Below are positions 9,752 to 18,436 of a stretch of DNA of 64,000 bases, piece by piece. The DNA is taken from positions 1,293 through 65,292 of the forward strand of contig CAYOEM010000012.1 of NCBI GenBank assembly GCA_964402975.1. The letters are read 5' to 3'. Origin of the DNA: an uncultured Polynucleobacter sp. (GTDB lineage: Bacteria; Bdellovibrionota_B; Oligoflexia; Oligoflexales; RGVZ01). Position 1 is the stretch's first letter, and the number at the start of each line of letters is the position of its first letter. Under the pieces are notes generated by a model, which was given only the letters and a program-made list of their open reading frames with translations, had not been told where the DNA came from and searched no databases. A program made the translations under genes and the position numbers.

Positions 9752-11097
9752 TGTAGACCGCCCTTTCTACCGCTAGAGAGGTCGTAGGTCGTAGGGTCGT
9801 AGGCATCAATGCAATTTGGCTTAATTGTGGCCTTCCAGCGTGGCGAGCTACCTGATATATCCTCAAAGATCTTTCCCTCAGCCAAAAGATTTTGGATCAT
9901 TTCAGTAATCTCATTAGCAGGCTTATTTTTGTGAAAGACCACCTTTAAGATCTCGGTTCGCGTTAGGCCTTCTTCGGAAGCCTTGAGAGCCGCTAGCAAT
10001 TTTGCCTCGCCGTGGGAATTGGTTCTACGGACGTTGTTCAGAAAAAAGCTTGCACAGACATCCCGTGAATGATCCGTGATAATCTTTGCCGCCTTTAAGT
10101 GTTGGACATCTACTTGATTTTGGCAGTCAAACAGGGCGAAAGAGCAGGCAAGTCGCCGTAATATCGGAATATTTCGTGCTGTAAGATCTGTCATGACGGA
10201 TTCATCGTCAGAGAAGGACTCCGAATATATTTCCGTCCAAAGGTTTTTGGCATTATCTGTGAATGTTATCTCCCTTACGGTCTTGGCGTGTTTTATTACA
10301 TTTTTAATCTCTTTCGTAACTTCCAGGAGTTTCTCTTTGGGGATTGTGCCCCCTAGTGGAAGTAACTTTGACTTAGAGCATTGTATAAAAATAAACCGGT
10401 TCAAGACGCCGTTGTGGAAGTCCACCTCATCTACATATTTGTCAAATTCACGTTGTGTTATATGTGCGATCAAGGAGCCGAATGTATTATGGGCCACCGC
10501 AGGATTATGTTTAACCAAGGTTTGCAAGGTGTCAGCATCCCAGAGGCTGCGCAGGTTTCCGGAAAGGGTGTTTCCTTCGCGCTTTGTAACCTTCAGTACA
10601 TTTACAAACTCCTCTTCGATGATAATACAACTTAGGCTTTCACCTTTTACATTATCAGTAGTTTTCCCTGTCTGACCCGGATCTTTGGCCTTGAGATGGT
10701 GTATTAGGCCTTCACCAGAGCTCAAACCGCGCAAAATTTGAGCCTGGCAGAAGCGCTCGTCAATTTCTTGGAAAATACTTTTAACTAACGCAGTGCTCGT
10801 ACCTTTTCTGCCCGTCGAAGTCGGTCCAATAAGCAGCACAAACTGATTAAGGAAGTGTTTGGAACCCCCTGCACACCAGAACGACCTACGACCTACGACG
10901 TGAGCAGTGAATAAAAGAATCTGGATAAGAATAGGCAACGCAGCCGCTTCCGTGAACGGCATCACCTGTTCGACTATCTTTCCGGCACGACCAAAGTCAC
11001 TCATATTTGGTAGCCAACTAGACTTAGTTTCAGTTTTATTGTCAATAATTTCAGCTGAATAACATTCAGTCGGGTGGTTGATTTTTGAATCACTCAT
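9748..11097 (-). CDS. P-loop NTPase-like island replication or helicase-type protein (DUF3987-like)
   Basis: Walker A-like LLIGPTSTGRKGTST, Walker B-like SCIIIEEEF, and a C-terminal winged-helix-like segment. Its position between alpA-like and small genes resembles P4/PICI-type elements. The family assignment is from memory only. Confidence 0.45.
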   Translation of the reverse strand: MSDSKINHPTECYSAEIIDNKTETKSSWLPNMSDFGRAGKIVEQVMPFTEAAALPILIQILLFTAHVVGRRSFWCAGGSKHFLNQFVLLIGPTSTGRKGTSTALVKSIFQEIDERFCQAQILRGLSSGEGLIHHLKAKDPGQTGKTTDNVKGESLSCIIIEEEFVNVLKVTKREGNTLSGNLRSLWDADTLQTLVKHNPAVAHNTFGSLIAHITQREFDKYVDEVDFHNGVLNRFIFIQCSKSKLLPLGGTIPKEKLLEVTKEIKNVIKHAKTVREITFTDNAKNLWTEIYSESFSDDESVMTDLTARNIPILRRLACSFALFDCQNQVDVQHLKAAKIITDHSRDVCASFFLNNVRRTNSHGEAKLLAALKASEEGLTRTEILKVVFHKNKPANEITEMIQNLLAEGKIFEDISGSSPRWKATIKPNCIDAYDPTTYDLSSGRKGGLQ

Positions 11098-11315
11098 TTC
11101 TCACTCCCCTCGGAATCGACATATTTATCTAGTTCGGCGAGAATTTTACCGCCTAGCCCTCTATCTCCCAGGGCTTTCAAGAGCCGGCTGCGCAAAAAAA
11201 GCCACTGGCGGCTCTCTCCGATTTCCTGCTCGACGGCGTCAAGAATGACACCACGATAGAAGTCCATTATTTCTTGGATGCGAGTCTGAATTTCACTGTT
11301 AGGACAATATTTCAT
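11094..11315 (-). CDS. small hypothetical protein, first gene of the int operon
   Basis: 73-aa ORF with a 4-bp overlap onto the downstream gene. Confidence 0.45.
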   Translation of the reverse strand: MKYCPNSEIQTRIQEIMDFYRGVILDAVEQEIGESRQWLFLRSRLLKALGDRGLGGKILAELDKYVDSEGSEK

Positions 11316-11421
11316 TGTACCCCCCTTGTGGTAGTGTCCGAGAGGGTATGAAGAGACTACCCATCCATTCGCTCCCGGCCGTGTTATAGGGGCAACGCTA
11401 TCGAAGCAGAAAAAGACGGAA

Positions 11422-12315
11422 CTAGTTCCTCAGGCGGATTTCTTTCTTTTTTCTCGTTATATGATCTTTAAACCAGCGAATACTCGGGATGGCATCCGCA
11501 GGTTCAGTCTCTAAGGCGCGATTTTTGCACCGTTTAGCCAGTTTTTCGTTTTGTTCGCCAGGGTCTGCCTCTACCACCTCGGACACGAGATTCCAGAACA
11601 TATCAAAAAATATGGCTTTTTCTCCTGCTTGGCCACCAATTGACTGCGCCACTGGGTCACGATCGTAAAGCAGATAATGAAGTTCAGCGTATCCGCCGAG
11701 TAGTTGAGCCAATTGAAAGTCATCAAATTTACCTGTTTTGACCTGAATGGATGCTTTCTTGATAGACGACCATACAAGACCCACCATATAGAGCGTCGCC
11801 GCAGCTCTTGTTTCAGTTTCATTTAGTTGACTCGGACCAAATTTAAATTTTTTTGCCTTTGCAGGGTTGCTAGTCGCTTGCTTGGAAAATAACGCTACAG
11901 GTTTTTTTGAGCTTAACTTAGGTTTTTTTTGTTTATGGTTGGAGTTGCTCTTCTTTGGGCTATTTAACAATCGCTCAATTTCCTGAAACCTAGATAAGTA
12001 TAAGTGCTTCGAAAACGTTGTTTGTTCAAAAGGATTGCTAAAAAATGCATGCTGTTGCAGGTGGCTAGGGGTCTTGGCGCCTCTTGGATTGCTGTTTTTT
12101 TGGATTAGGTCAAGTAGCTCTATTATTAGTTTATTGATCAATTTGAGAGAGGCCGCTGAAAAAAAACCACCGTCATATCCTTGTTTTGAATCCGCCCCCA
12201 ATCTTCGAGCCAATATATATTTGCTATGATTTACGAAATTCTCAAGGTTTGCGGCGCCAAAAACCTGAAGCTCCTCAGGACTTAGTTCGTTGTAGTTTAT
12301 AAAATTTAAAGTCAT
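11422..12315 (-). CDS. hypothetical protein with a Lys-rich linker
   Basis: 297-aa ORF with a central KKSNSNHKQKKPKLSSKKP...AKAKKFKF segment. No family recognised. Confidence 0.5.
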   Translation of the reverse strand: MTLNFINYNELSPEELQVFGAANLENFVNHSKYILARRLGADSKQGYDGGFFSAASLKLINKLIIELLDLIQKNSNPRGAKTPSHLQQHAFFSNPFEQTTFSKHLYLSRFQEIERLLNSPKKSNSNHKQKKPKLSSKKPVALFSKQATSNPAKAKKFKFGPSQLNETETRAAATLYMVGLVWSSIKKASIQVKTGKFDDFQLAQLLGGYAELHYLLYDRDPVAQSIGGQAGEKAIFFDMFWNLVSEVVEADPGEQNEKLAKRCKNRALETEPADAIPSIRWFKDHITRKKKEIRLRN

Positions 12316-12421
12316 GTCTCAGTCCCATTTTCGGTTATTAAATTGCACCACCCAATACAGAAACATTTCGCTTCTTGCAGAATGCGGGCTTAATTGGTCA
12401 ACAGACCGGTATCTGTACAAT

Positions 12422-12435
12422 AAATCTCGAGATTT
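12422..12435. promoter_or_regulatory. perfect 14-bp palindrome in a divergent promoter region (candidate operator)
   Basis: AAATCTCGAGATTT lies immediately upstream of TATAAT (12437-12442), with a weak -35 TGTACA at 12414-12419. Confidence 0.35.
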
Positions 12436-12487
12436 GTATAATGTCGATCAGGATTACTACAATCGGGTTATATCTAAGGTAGAAAAA

Positions 12488-12796
12488 ATGGGACAACGAA
12501 TAGGATGTAAAAAACCCGTGGGAAGTGGACGCTCGAAAGGTACCCCCAACAAAAGGACTGCCTTCAATAGCGTATCATCACGGCTCGGAGAGCTTGGCTA
12601 TGACCTTGTCGGGGAGATTTTGCAAGATTTAGCATTGATTTCGGACCCCTACGACCGGGTCAAGCTTCACCTACAGCTACTTGAATATTGCGATGCGAGA
12701 AGAAAAGCTGTTGAGATAGCCGGTGATCAACTGAATGGATCAGTAACCGTCCCGCAGGTAATATTTACTATCGAAGGCGAAAGCAAAGATCGTTAG
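12488..12796 (+). CDS. small basic phage-like protein (possibly small-terminase/DUF5681-like)
   Basis: The ATG at 12488 has AAGG upstream. N-terminal KKPVGSGRSKGTPNKRT resembles the GRPKG-NK motif of phage small DNA-binding or packaging proteins. Weak call from memory. Confidence 0.35.
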   Translation: MGQRIGCKKPVGSGRSKGTPNKRTAFNSVSSRLGELGYDLVGEILQDLALISDPYDRVKLHLQLLEYCDARRKAVEIAGDQLNGSVTVPQVIFTIEGESKDR

Positions 12797-12916
12797 AGCG
12801 TGTTTGGCGGCCGAGTAATTTCAATCTAGTCGCTTGCTCACAAGTTTGACTCTCGGATGAAACCTGCTCTTTTTACAGGATCGTTACTATGCTGACAATC
12901 TGGTCAATTTTAAGAT

Positions 12917-13561
12917 TTATTGTCGTCCTAGGTATCTTATTTCTTTGACCTTAGTATTAAAAATTTCCTCAGCGCGCCTTTTTGCTTCGGCTCGATCGTC
13001 CTCACTTGGACGTATGAACCAGCAATATCCACCGTAAAATAATCCCGTTAAGTAGCAGAACATTTTTTCATGTTGACTAGCCTCAGTGGTGAACTCATTC
13101 GATGGCTCGCCGGATATGATGGCGTATTCCATCGGCTTATCCGCTAATTTCATCGCGATTCGGAATTTAACGTCCCTAAGCGTCCCACGAACGATTTTTT
13201 GTGACTTGTCCGAGTCTTCTGAATAGAGCGAAATCTCACTTGCTGTTCTCGGTGCTATTACAATATCTGGTGAATCCCGATCGGTGTTGATTCCCCGCGT
13301 TTCGCCGGAAATCGCGCGAAGGGAAGAATCACCCACTTGGATTACAGACTGCCTGTAGCTGACAGTCACCATGTCGTCAGTTAAATTTGTTACTTTAAAA
13401 TGATTTCGGCGTGCAGTTGAATCGATTTTAACAAATTTAGGAACTTTTCTTGCGGCGTCGACAACCTCTGGAAGCTCTGCCTGCCAGCGATAGGTTGTGC
13501 AAGAAAAAGATGTTAGTAAAACAAGGACGGACAAAAATAATGGGACTGTTCTTTGGGGCAT
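12917..13561 (-). CDS. secreted protein or lipoprotein, unknown function
   Basis: Signal peptide ending LLTSFSC. Confidence 0.5.
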   Translation of the reverse strand: MPQRTVPLFLSVLVLLTSFSCTTYRWQAELPEVVDAARKVPKFVKIDSTARRNHFKVTNLTDDMVTVSYRQSVIQVGDSSLRAISGETRGINTDRDSPDIVIAPRTASEISLYSEDSDKSQKIVRGTLRDVKFRIAMKLADKPMEYAIISGEPSNEFTTEASQHEKMFCYLTGLFYGGYCWFIRPSEDDRAEAKRRAEEIFNTKVKEIRYLGRQ

Positions 13562-13782
13562 TGTTAACCTCTTAATAGCAAAATAACTTCCGGGTTTACG
13601 GCGATCTTGTGCCGCAGTCTTGGCGAACCTTTAACATGCGTCGAAACTAGCAAATCTAACATCGATAGTGTGCCCTAATAAAAAGGGAATAGTCAATTTC
13701 ACTTTGATTAGAAGGAAGAGTCAAGCCGGTGGCTTCGCTAGCTATTATGTCCAATTCAATCCCCAATAATTTTTTAGACAAA

Positions 13783-14292
13783 TCACTCCATGCGACAATT
13801 TGTTTCAGCGCTAATACCTTCTCCGCTAGTGTAACTTGCTTTTCCTTTGACTAAATCGATAGACAACGATTGTCCGCCCCAGGTGGCAATGACACTTCCG
13901 CCGCGCTGTTCACATCGAAGATAAATTTGATCCAAAGTATCAATCTTCAAAGACGTATCAGCACCATTTTCCTGCCCCAAGATTGGGCTGAGAAGAGTAA
14001 CTTTGGCCAGCCTGTGATTAGTTGCTTTTTCCCCGGCCTTTAGGTCGCACAGGCCTTCTATGACGGTTACCCAGTCGCCCTTCGCAAGTTTTGATGGATG
14101 CGGATATTCAAATTTGAGTCTAAATGTTAAAAGCTCTCCACCGTATGGTTTTGTCAGACATGTCTCGTCCACCCATATCCCATAAACTTTCTTGTTAGAG
14201 GGCGCATTTCCTTTAAGGATACTTTTGACTTGGCCACCCTGAGTACATCCCGCAATTATCGAAATTGAAAATAAGAGTGCGATGCTTCGCAT
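13783..14292 (-). CDS. lipoprotein, unknown function
   Basis: Signal peptide with lipobox SIIAGC. Confidence 0.55.
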   Translation of the reverse strand: MRSIALLFSISIIAGCTQGGQVKSILKGNAPSNKKVYGIWVDETCLTKPYGGELLTFRLKFEYPHPSKLAKGDWVTVIEGLCDLKAGEKATNHRLAKVTLLSPILGQENGADTSLKIDTLDQIYLRCEQRGGSVIATWGGQSLSIDLVKGKASYTSGEGISAETNCRME

Positions 14293-14373
14293 ATTAGGTA
14301 CTCCCTCTAAAATTCTGCAGCATACTAATGGCTACCAATCTGATTACCAGATTCACGCCCTTAGAAGCTCCTT

Positions 14374-15213
14374 TCAAGCGCTCTTCTTGGTGTCTTCAAC
14401 CGTGATAGGTTCGTTTGTGGGGTTGCTTGGGCCAACGCTCGGATTTGCTGCATGGGGTGCGGGGGCAGCTGCCGCCGATTTTTGCCTTCTTTTTCGACGC
14501 TTTTTCTTCGAAAGTCCAATTTCTCCGGCATCCATTAACGACTCTTTTGTGACAATGGCTTTTAGAGACTCAAACACATCTTCCATGTCTAGTCTCGCGT
14601 CAGCTTGTCGATTTAACTCTCTTCTGAGTACATTCAGCACATCCTGAGAGAATAAGACCTTTACCACTACGCTTGGCTTTAGTGCCTTTTTCTGCCCCCA
14701 GAACTCGTCTAACAGCTCGTTAGTCATGGATTTTTTACAAAGCATGGAAACCATGCCCCAGAAGGATTCGAGATTTGATTCCAAGAAGTCAGTTTCAAAA
14801 GCTAAATCACTTTTAATGCCCTCATTTTCAGCAAATGAAACGTGGTAGAGCTGCCAATGGCAACCGTTAGTTAGAAGCACCCATGGCAGGCCTGATCGCG
14901 AGGCATAATTCTCAGCTTGCTCAATGTGCTTAGCAGATAATGATTTAACGCCTGCGGCTTTTGCTTCTACCAGAAGTTCAATTTCACCATCGATTTTCAG
15001 TGCGATGTCACAGTAGCGGTCTTTGATGGCGAGTTCTTTTGAAATTTCTCCCTTGAGGCTGTCATATTCCAAAGCCTCTTCAAAAAATTTGGTTAGATAC
15101 ATTACGGTGTCCGATTCATTCGCATCACGCTCTCGGGCTTCCTTGAACACCTGGGCATATTTTTTGAGAGTCGCCGCGAGTTTTTTATCGAGTGCCATAA
15201 GAATCCTTTCCAA
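14374..15213 (-). CDS. stand-alone type I restriction enzyme HsdR N-terminal-domain (PD-(D/E)xK fold) protein with a basic tail
   Basis: DIALKIDGEIELLVEAKAAG...QAENYASRSGLPWVLLTNGCHWQLY matches the HSDR_N_2 pattern (D...ExK...Q..Y...TNG..W). C-terminal KKKRRKRRQK tail. Confidence 0.65.
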   Translation of the reverse strand: MERILMALDKKLAATLKKYAQVFKEARERDANESDTVMYLTKFFEEALEYDSLKGEISKELAIKDRYCDIALKIDGEIELLVEAKAAGVKSLSAKHIEQAENYASRSGLPWVLLTNGCHWQLYHVSFAENEGIKSDLAFETDFLESNLESFWGMVSMLCKKSMTNELLDEFWGQKKALKPSVVVKVLFSQDVLNVLRRELNRQADARLDMEDVFESLKAIVTKESLMDAGEIGLSKKKRRKRRQKSAAAAPAPHAANPSVGPSNPTNEPITVEDTKKSA

Positions 15214-15788
15214 ATTTTCTAGAATGAAATATCGCCTCGCTGTTACGAAGGCACTAGCTCTTCGGCTAGAAGCCGATTCACATTAGGAAAATTACCGCGA
15301 TTTTCCTAAAACGTAGTTTTTTGAGATAGTTAAATTGTATTTGGAACTAACGTGTGAGAGAGGTAGAACATTAAGTAGCTGATAGCCCGAACATCAGGAA
15401 TATCTGAATCGGATAATATAATAATGCTAATTAAGGATTAAGGTGTAAATATTATTCCAATGATCGTCTAGATAGTAAAAGAGCCTGCCAAGATATCCTG
15501 ACGGTTTCTGAATGGCGTTGTTATTTCCTCAAATCAGGTAGAGATCAGAGCCGCCATTGCGCGCCCCACCGCTTCCGCCAAACGCTTCGCACCAACGTCG
15601 CGCCCATCCGCATTTAAAGCTAGCCATTCATTACCCCGCGGTTGGTTGTCTTAGGCATTTTAAAAGACATCTTAACAAGCCAACATTAGGGGATTATTCG
15701 GGTGACTTCAAGCTGTGCGGTCCCGCAGCCGCTAGATCCTAAAAGTGGCAGAAGTAATTTCAGAGTAGTTAGTCTGAAGGAGAAAGAT

Positions 15789-16001
15789 ATGAAGTATTTT
15801 CTTGTGATTATAGCGCTTAGTTTCAGCTCTTTAGCGTCCGCCAGCGAGTTTTGTGCCGGATTCGAGGAAGGGTGGAAGACGGTCAAAGGGGAGATGTCGC
15901 TTGTTCCGATGTGCCCACTGGAGCCGCTAACACCTCTGGGTTCAACCCCTTATCGTGAAGGATTAAAGGCCGGGATGAGGGCTGCCCAGCGTGGCTTCTA
16001 G
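15789..16001 (+). CDS. small secreted protein
   Basis: The ATG at 15789 is preceded by GAAGGAG. Signal peptide MKYFLVIIALSFSSLASA. Confidence 0.45.
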   Translation: MKYFLVIIALSFSSLASASEFCAGFEEGWKTVKGEMSLVPMCPLEPLTPLGSTPYREGLKAGMRAAQRGF

Positions 16002-16095
16002 GACTATTTCGGAGTTCCCTAAACCAGTTATCTAGATGGGCAATACCCTGGGAGCTACATTGTAAAAATCTCGAAAAAGATGGAGATGAAACCAC

Positions 16096-16281
16096 ATGAA
16101 AAATTTTTTAGGTATAGTCTCCGTTGGAGCAGCTATAAACTTATTTGGAGACTGTTTTGTGAAGGAGTTAAGTCAGAATCAGGTAATTTCGATCGCCGGT
16201 ATAGGCGTCATCACAAGTATCTGGTATTTTTGTATGCAAGTTGAAGCAATAGTTAGTCATTATTTTAAAACAAAATCATAG
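16096..16281 (+). CDS. small hydrophobic protein
   Basis: 61-aa ORF with GGAG about 10 nt upstream and two hydrophobic stretches. Confidence 0.3.
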   Translation: MKNFLGIVSVGAAINLFGDCFVKELSQNQVISIAGIGVITSIWYFCMQVEAIVSHYFKTKS

Positions 16282-16446
16282 TCGTTTAGTTCAGGAACTG
16301 GGAAGGCTGGGACTTCATTATTTGCGAACGAGTTTTATTCGCCGATAATATGATGATTTCCTGTATTCGCGTCTATCAAAAGACCTGTGAAAGCAATCAT
16401 TTTAGCTTAATGGTAATTAGTAAACCGCGACAGTCTTGGTTAGGTT

Positions 16447-16995
16447 TTATAATCTATACTTGAAATCGACTCCAAAAAATAAAAACAGACAGCCTAGCTG
16501 AGACGTCGGCGAAAGCATGCGATTTTCCTGTTTATAGACCTTAGTGCCGAGATCATTTTCACACGACTCAAGCCCTTTTTCGGCCGCGCCGATCTTCGTT
16601 GCCCCTCTGTTGAAAGCCCATTTGGAATCAGTTTTTTCGAAACTCATAAATGATAATATGTGTTTACAAAGTGAACCAGCTTGCTGATTGACCCAAATCC
16701 TGCCGTCCGTGCTAGTAAATGTAGTCCACGCGCTACGCCCTTCGGAATATATACTGCAGGTTAGCCATCCCTGCTTCTTGACTACTACCTCGCGCCAGAG
16801 GCAGTCAATCTCCGTGGCATAGGCCAAATTTGGTGACGCTGTCTTCGTCGTGCAAGTCGGCTCGATCCAAGCAACCCCGTCGTCGGTTTTCAGAAAAAAT
16901 CCCCCAGCTGGCAGATCCGACGACAAACAAGTTGTCGCCCATAACAGCGCACATGAGGAGATCCATAAACCGATATTTAGCGAGCTCGTTCTCAT
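16447..16995 (-). CDS. secreted Cys-containing protein, unknown function
   Basis: 182-aa ORF with an N-terminal hydrophobic signal-like segment. Confidence 0.45.
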   Translation of the reverse strand: MRTSSLNIGLWISSCALLWATTCLSSDLPAGGFFLKTDDGVAWIEPTCTTKTASPNLAYATEIDCLWREVVVKKQGWLTCSIYSEGRSAWTTFTSTDGRIWVNQQAGSLCKHILSFMSFEKTDSKWAFNRGATKIGAAEKGLESCENDLGTKVYKQENRMLSPTSQLGCLFLFFGVDFKYRL

Positions 16996-17078
16996 TTAGT
17001 TCCCCCATGATTAAATCTAGACTTCGCCCTGATTTGCAATTAGTCAGCAAAACCACTGGGGCTGATTTTAGACCGAGA

Positions 17079-17597
17079 TTACTGCTCCGTAAGTGGAAAT
17101 TCTGTGTCGGACGCCGTTACACCACTAACGGGACCACCAGCTACCTTAAGAGTAGGCGTAGACAGTGAAATATTCACGGTAAAGCGGAGCAAAACATTAT
17201 TACCCGCCCTACAAAAATTCTGCTGCTCGGTGTTAACGGCTTTAAGGTTGAACGTACAGCTGCTCAAATATCCGCCAGCATAATAAACTTGAGTCCAAAG
17301 GAGTCCTGTACCATCCGAATTCTTCGTCAATTGGGCTGCTGCCAGGGCACAGCTGAACGAATGTTCACAACCCTGGACATTATTAACCCCATTTAAATCC
17401 CCAGTTGCTGCATACGACCATCGCCGCTCCAATCCAATACTTAATATTTCCGAACTTCCATCGGGACACATCACGGTAGTTACTTCACTTTGGCGGGCAA
17501 CTGTACACTTGGTCTTGTCATCCTTCTCTTTTGAGCAGGACAAGGATAGAGTCACAAGCCCGAAGGATAGCAAAAACTTGTCAAAAGTGATTGTCAT
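17079..17597 (-). CDS. lipoprotein, unknown function
   Basis: Signal peptide with lipobox LSLSC. Multiple Cys residues. Confidence 0.5.
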   Translation of the reverse strand: MTITFDKFLLSFGLVTLSLSCSKEKDDKTKCTVARQSEVTTVMCPDGSSEILSIGLERRWSYAATGDLNGVNNVQGCEHSFSCALAAAQLTKNSDGTGLLWTQVYYAGGYLSSCTFNLKAVNTEQQNFCRAGNNVLLRFTVNISLSTPTLKVAGGPVSGVTASDTEFPLTEQ

Positions 17598-17782
17598 AGT
17601 AAAAATTTCCCAAATTTCATCTAGAGAGATAATGGTAAATCGGCTCGAATGGAGTCTATCAGTCAGGCGTACATAATCAATGCTATTAGGTTCAAGCCAA
17701 ATTTCTCGAAAAGAACACGGTTTAGGTGTTTAGCCCACAAGGCAGAGTGGCTCGCGCTAACTTAAGCAGACGGATATTTCGA

Positions 17783-17818
17783 ATAGCAAACCGTTAGCAA
17801 ACATCCCGCCAAAACCAA
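17783..17818. repeat. 36-bp direct repeat, copy A (att-arm-like)
   Basis: ATAGCAAACCGTTAGCAAACATCCCGCCAAAACCAA is identical to 22566-22601. It contains the tandem AGCAAAC-N4-AGCAAACAT, like GGCAAAC-N4-GGCAAACAT in the 154-bp repeats. Confidence 0.8.
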
Positions 17819-17944
17819 GCGACCCACTGATAAATACCCCGCCACCAAAACCTTATAATGCGGTATTTATTGACGAATTTTTCCCCTCACTTTTTTACTA
17901 ATCAGCTTCAACAACTCGACCGATTTGCGCTACTGGGGGGAGCG

Positions 17945-18175
17945 ATGAAACTTGGTGTGATTCTGATGACGTCTCTGCTTTTAGCTGGTGTTGGTTATGT
18001 TTATCAATCCGTCCAGGGCGAGGTCGATAGCACGGACAGGATCGTCGCAAACGGGTCGGAAACGCTCTATGGGAGAGGCTGCTGTAGCCACCACGGTGGG
18101 CAGGACTATTGCAGAAGTGATGGCAGGTGGGTGTGTCGAGACGGGACAGTATCGCCCAGTTGCAGGTGCTACTAA
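17945..18175 (+). CDS. small secreted Cys-rich protein
   Basis: Signal or TM segment MKLGVILMTSLLLAG. C-terminal GRGCCSHHGGQDYCRSDGRWVCRDGTVSPSCRCY. Confidence 0.45.
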   Translation: MKLGVILMTSLLLAGVGYVYQSVQGEVDSTDRIVANGSETLYGRGCCSHHGGQDYCRSDGRWVCRDGTVSPSCRCY

Positions 18176-18229
18176 CTTTGACCAATAGGGCCATCACGGG
18201 CCAAATTGTTAAAAAGAGAAAGGCTTGCC

Positions 18230-18436
18230 ATGATAAAAGTCATATCTTTTGTTCTTCTTTCCAACATCGTACTTACTAGCTGCGAGACAACCACAGATTG
18301 GTCAAAAGTTGATTTAAGCCCTCTACAAGCTCTTACGAATACTTGGGCGCCGCCAAGAGTTTCTGAGGGCGAGTGCAGAACATATACGAAGCTAGATGAA
18401 TGGGGCACGCCCGTGCAGGTGACCCGATGCAAATAA
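18230..18436 (+). CDS. small lipoprotein
   Basis: The ATG at 18230 has AGAAAGG upstream. Lipobox VLTSC. Confidence 0.45.
   Translation: MIKVISFVLLSNIVLTSCETTTDWSKVDLSPLQALTNTWAPPRVSEGECRTYTKLDEWGTPVQVTRCK

Noticed and set aside
10193-10675. 160-aa and 84-aa ORFs antisense to the 449-aa island gene, and similar antisense ORFs inside acn, dabA, the S8 protease, thrS and others
   Set aside because: They are fully nested in better-supported genes on the opposite strand, have low-complexity or odd composition, and lack RBSs.
14282-14647. 121-aa plus-strand ORF
   Set aside because: It overlaps the 3' part of the well-supported HsdR_N-like gene on the other strand. It is Ala/Ser/Phe-rich, which looks like antisense artefact composition.
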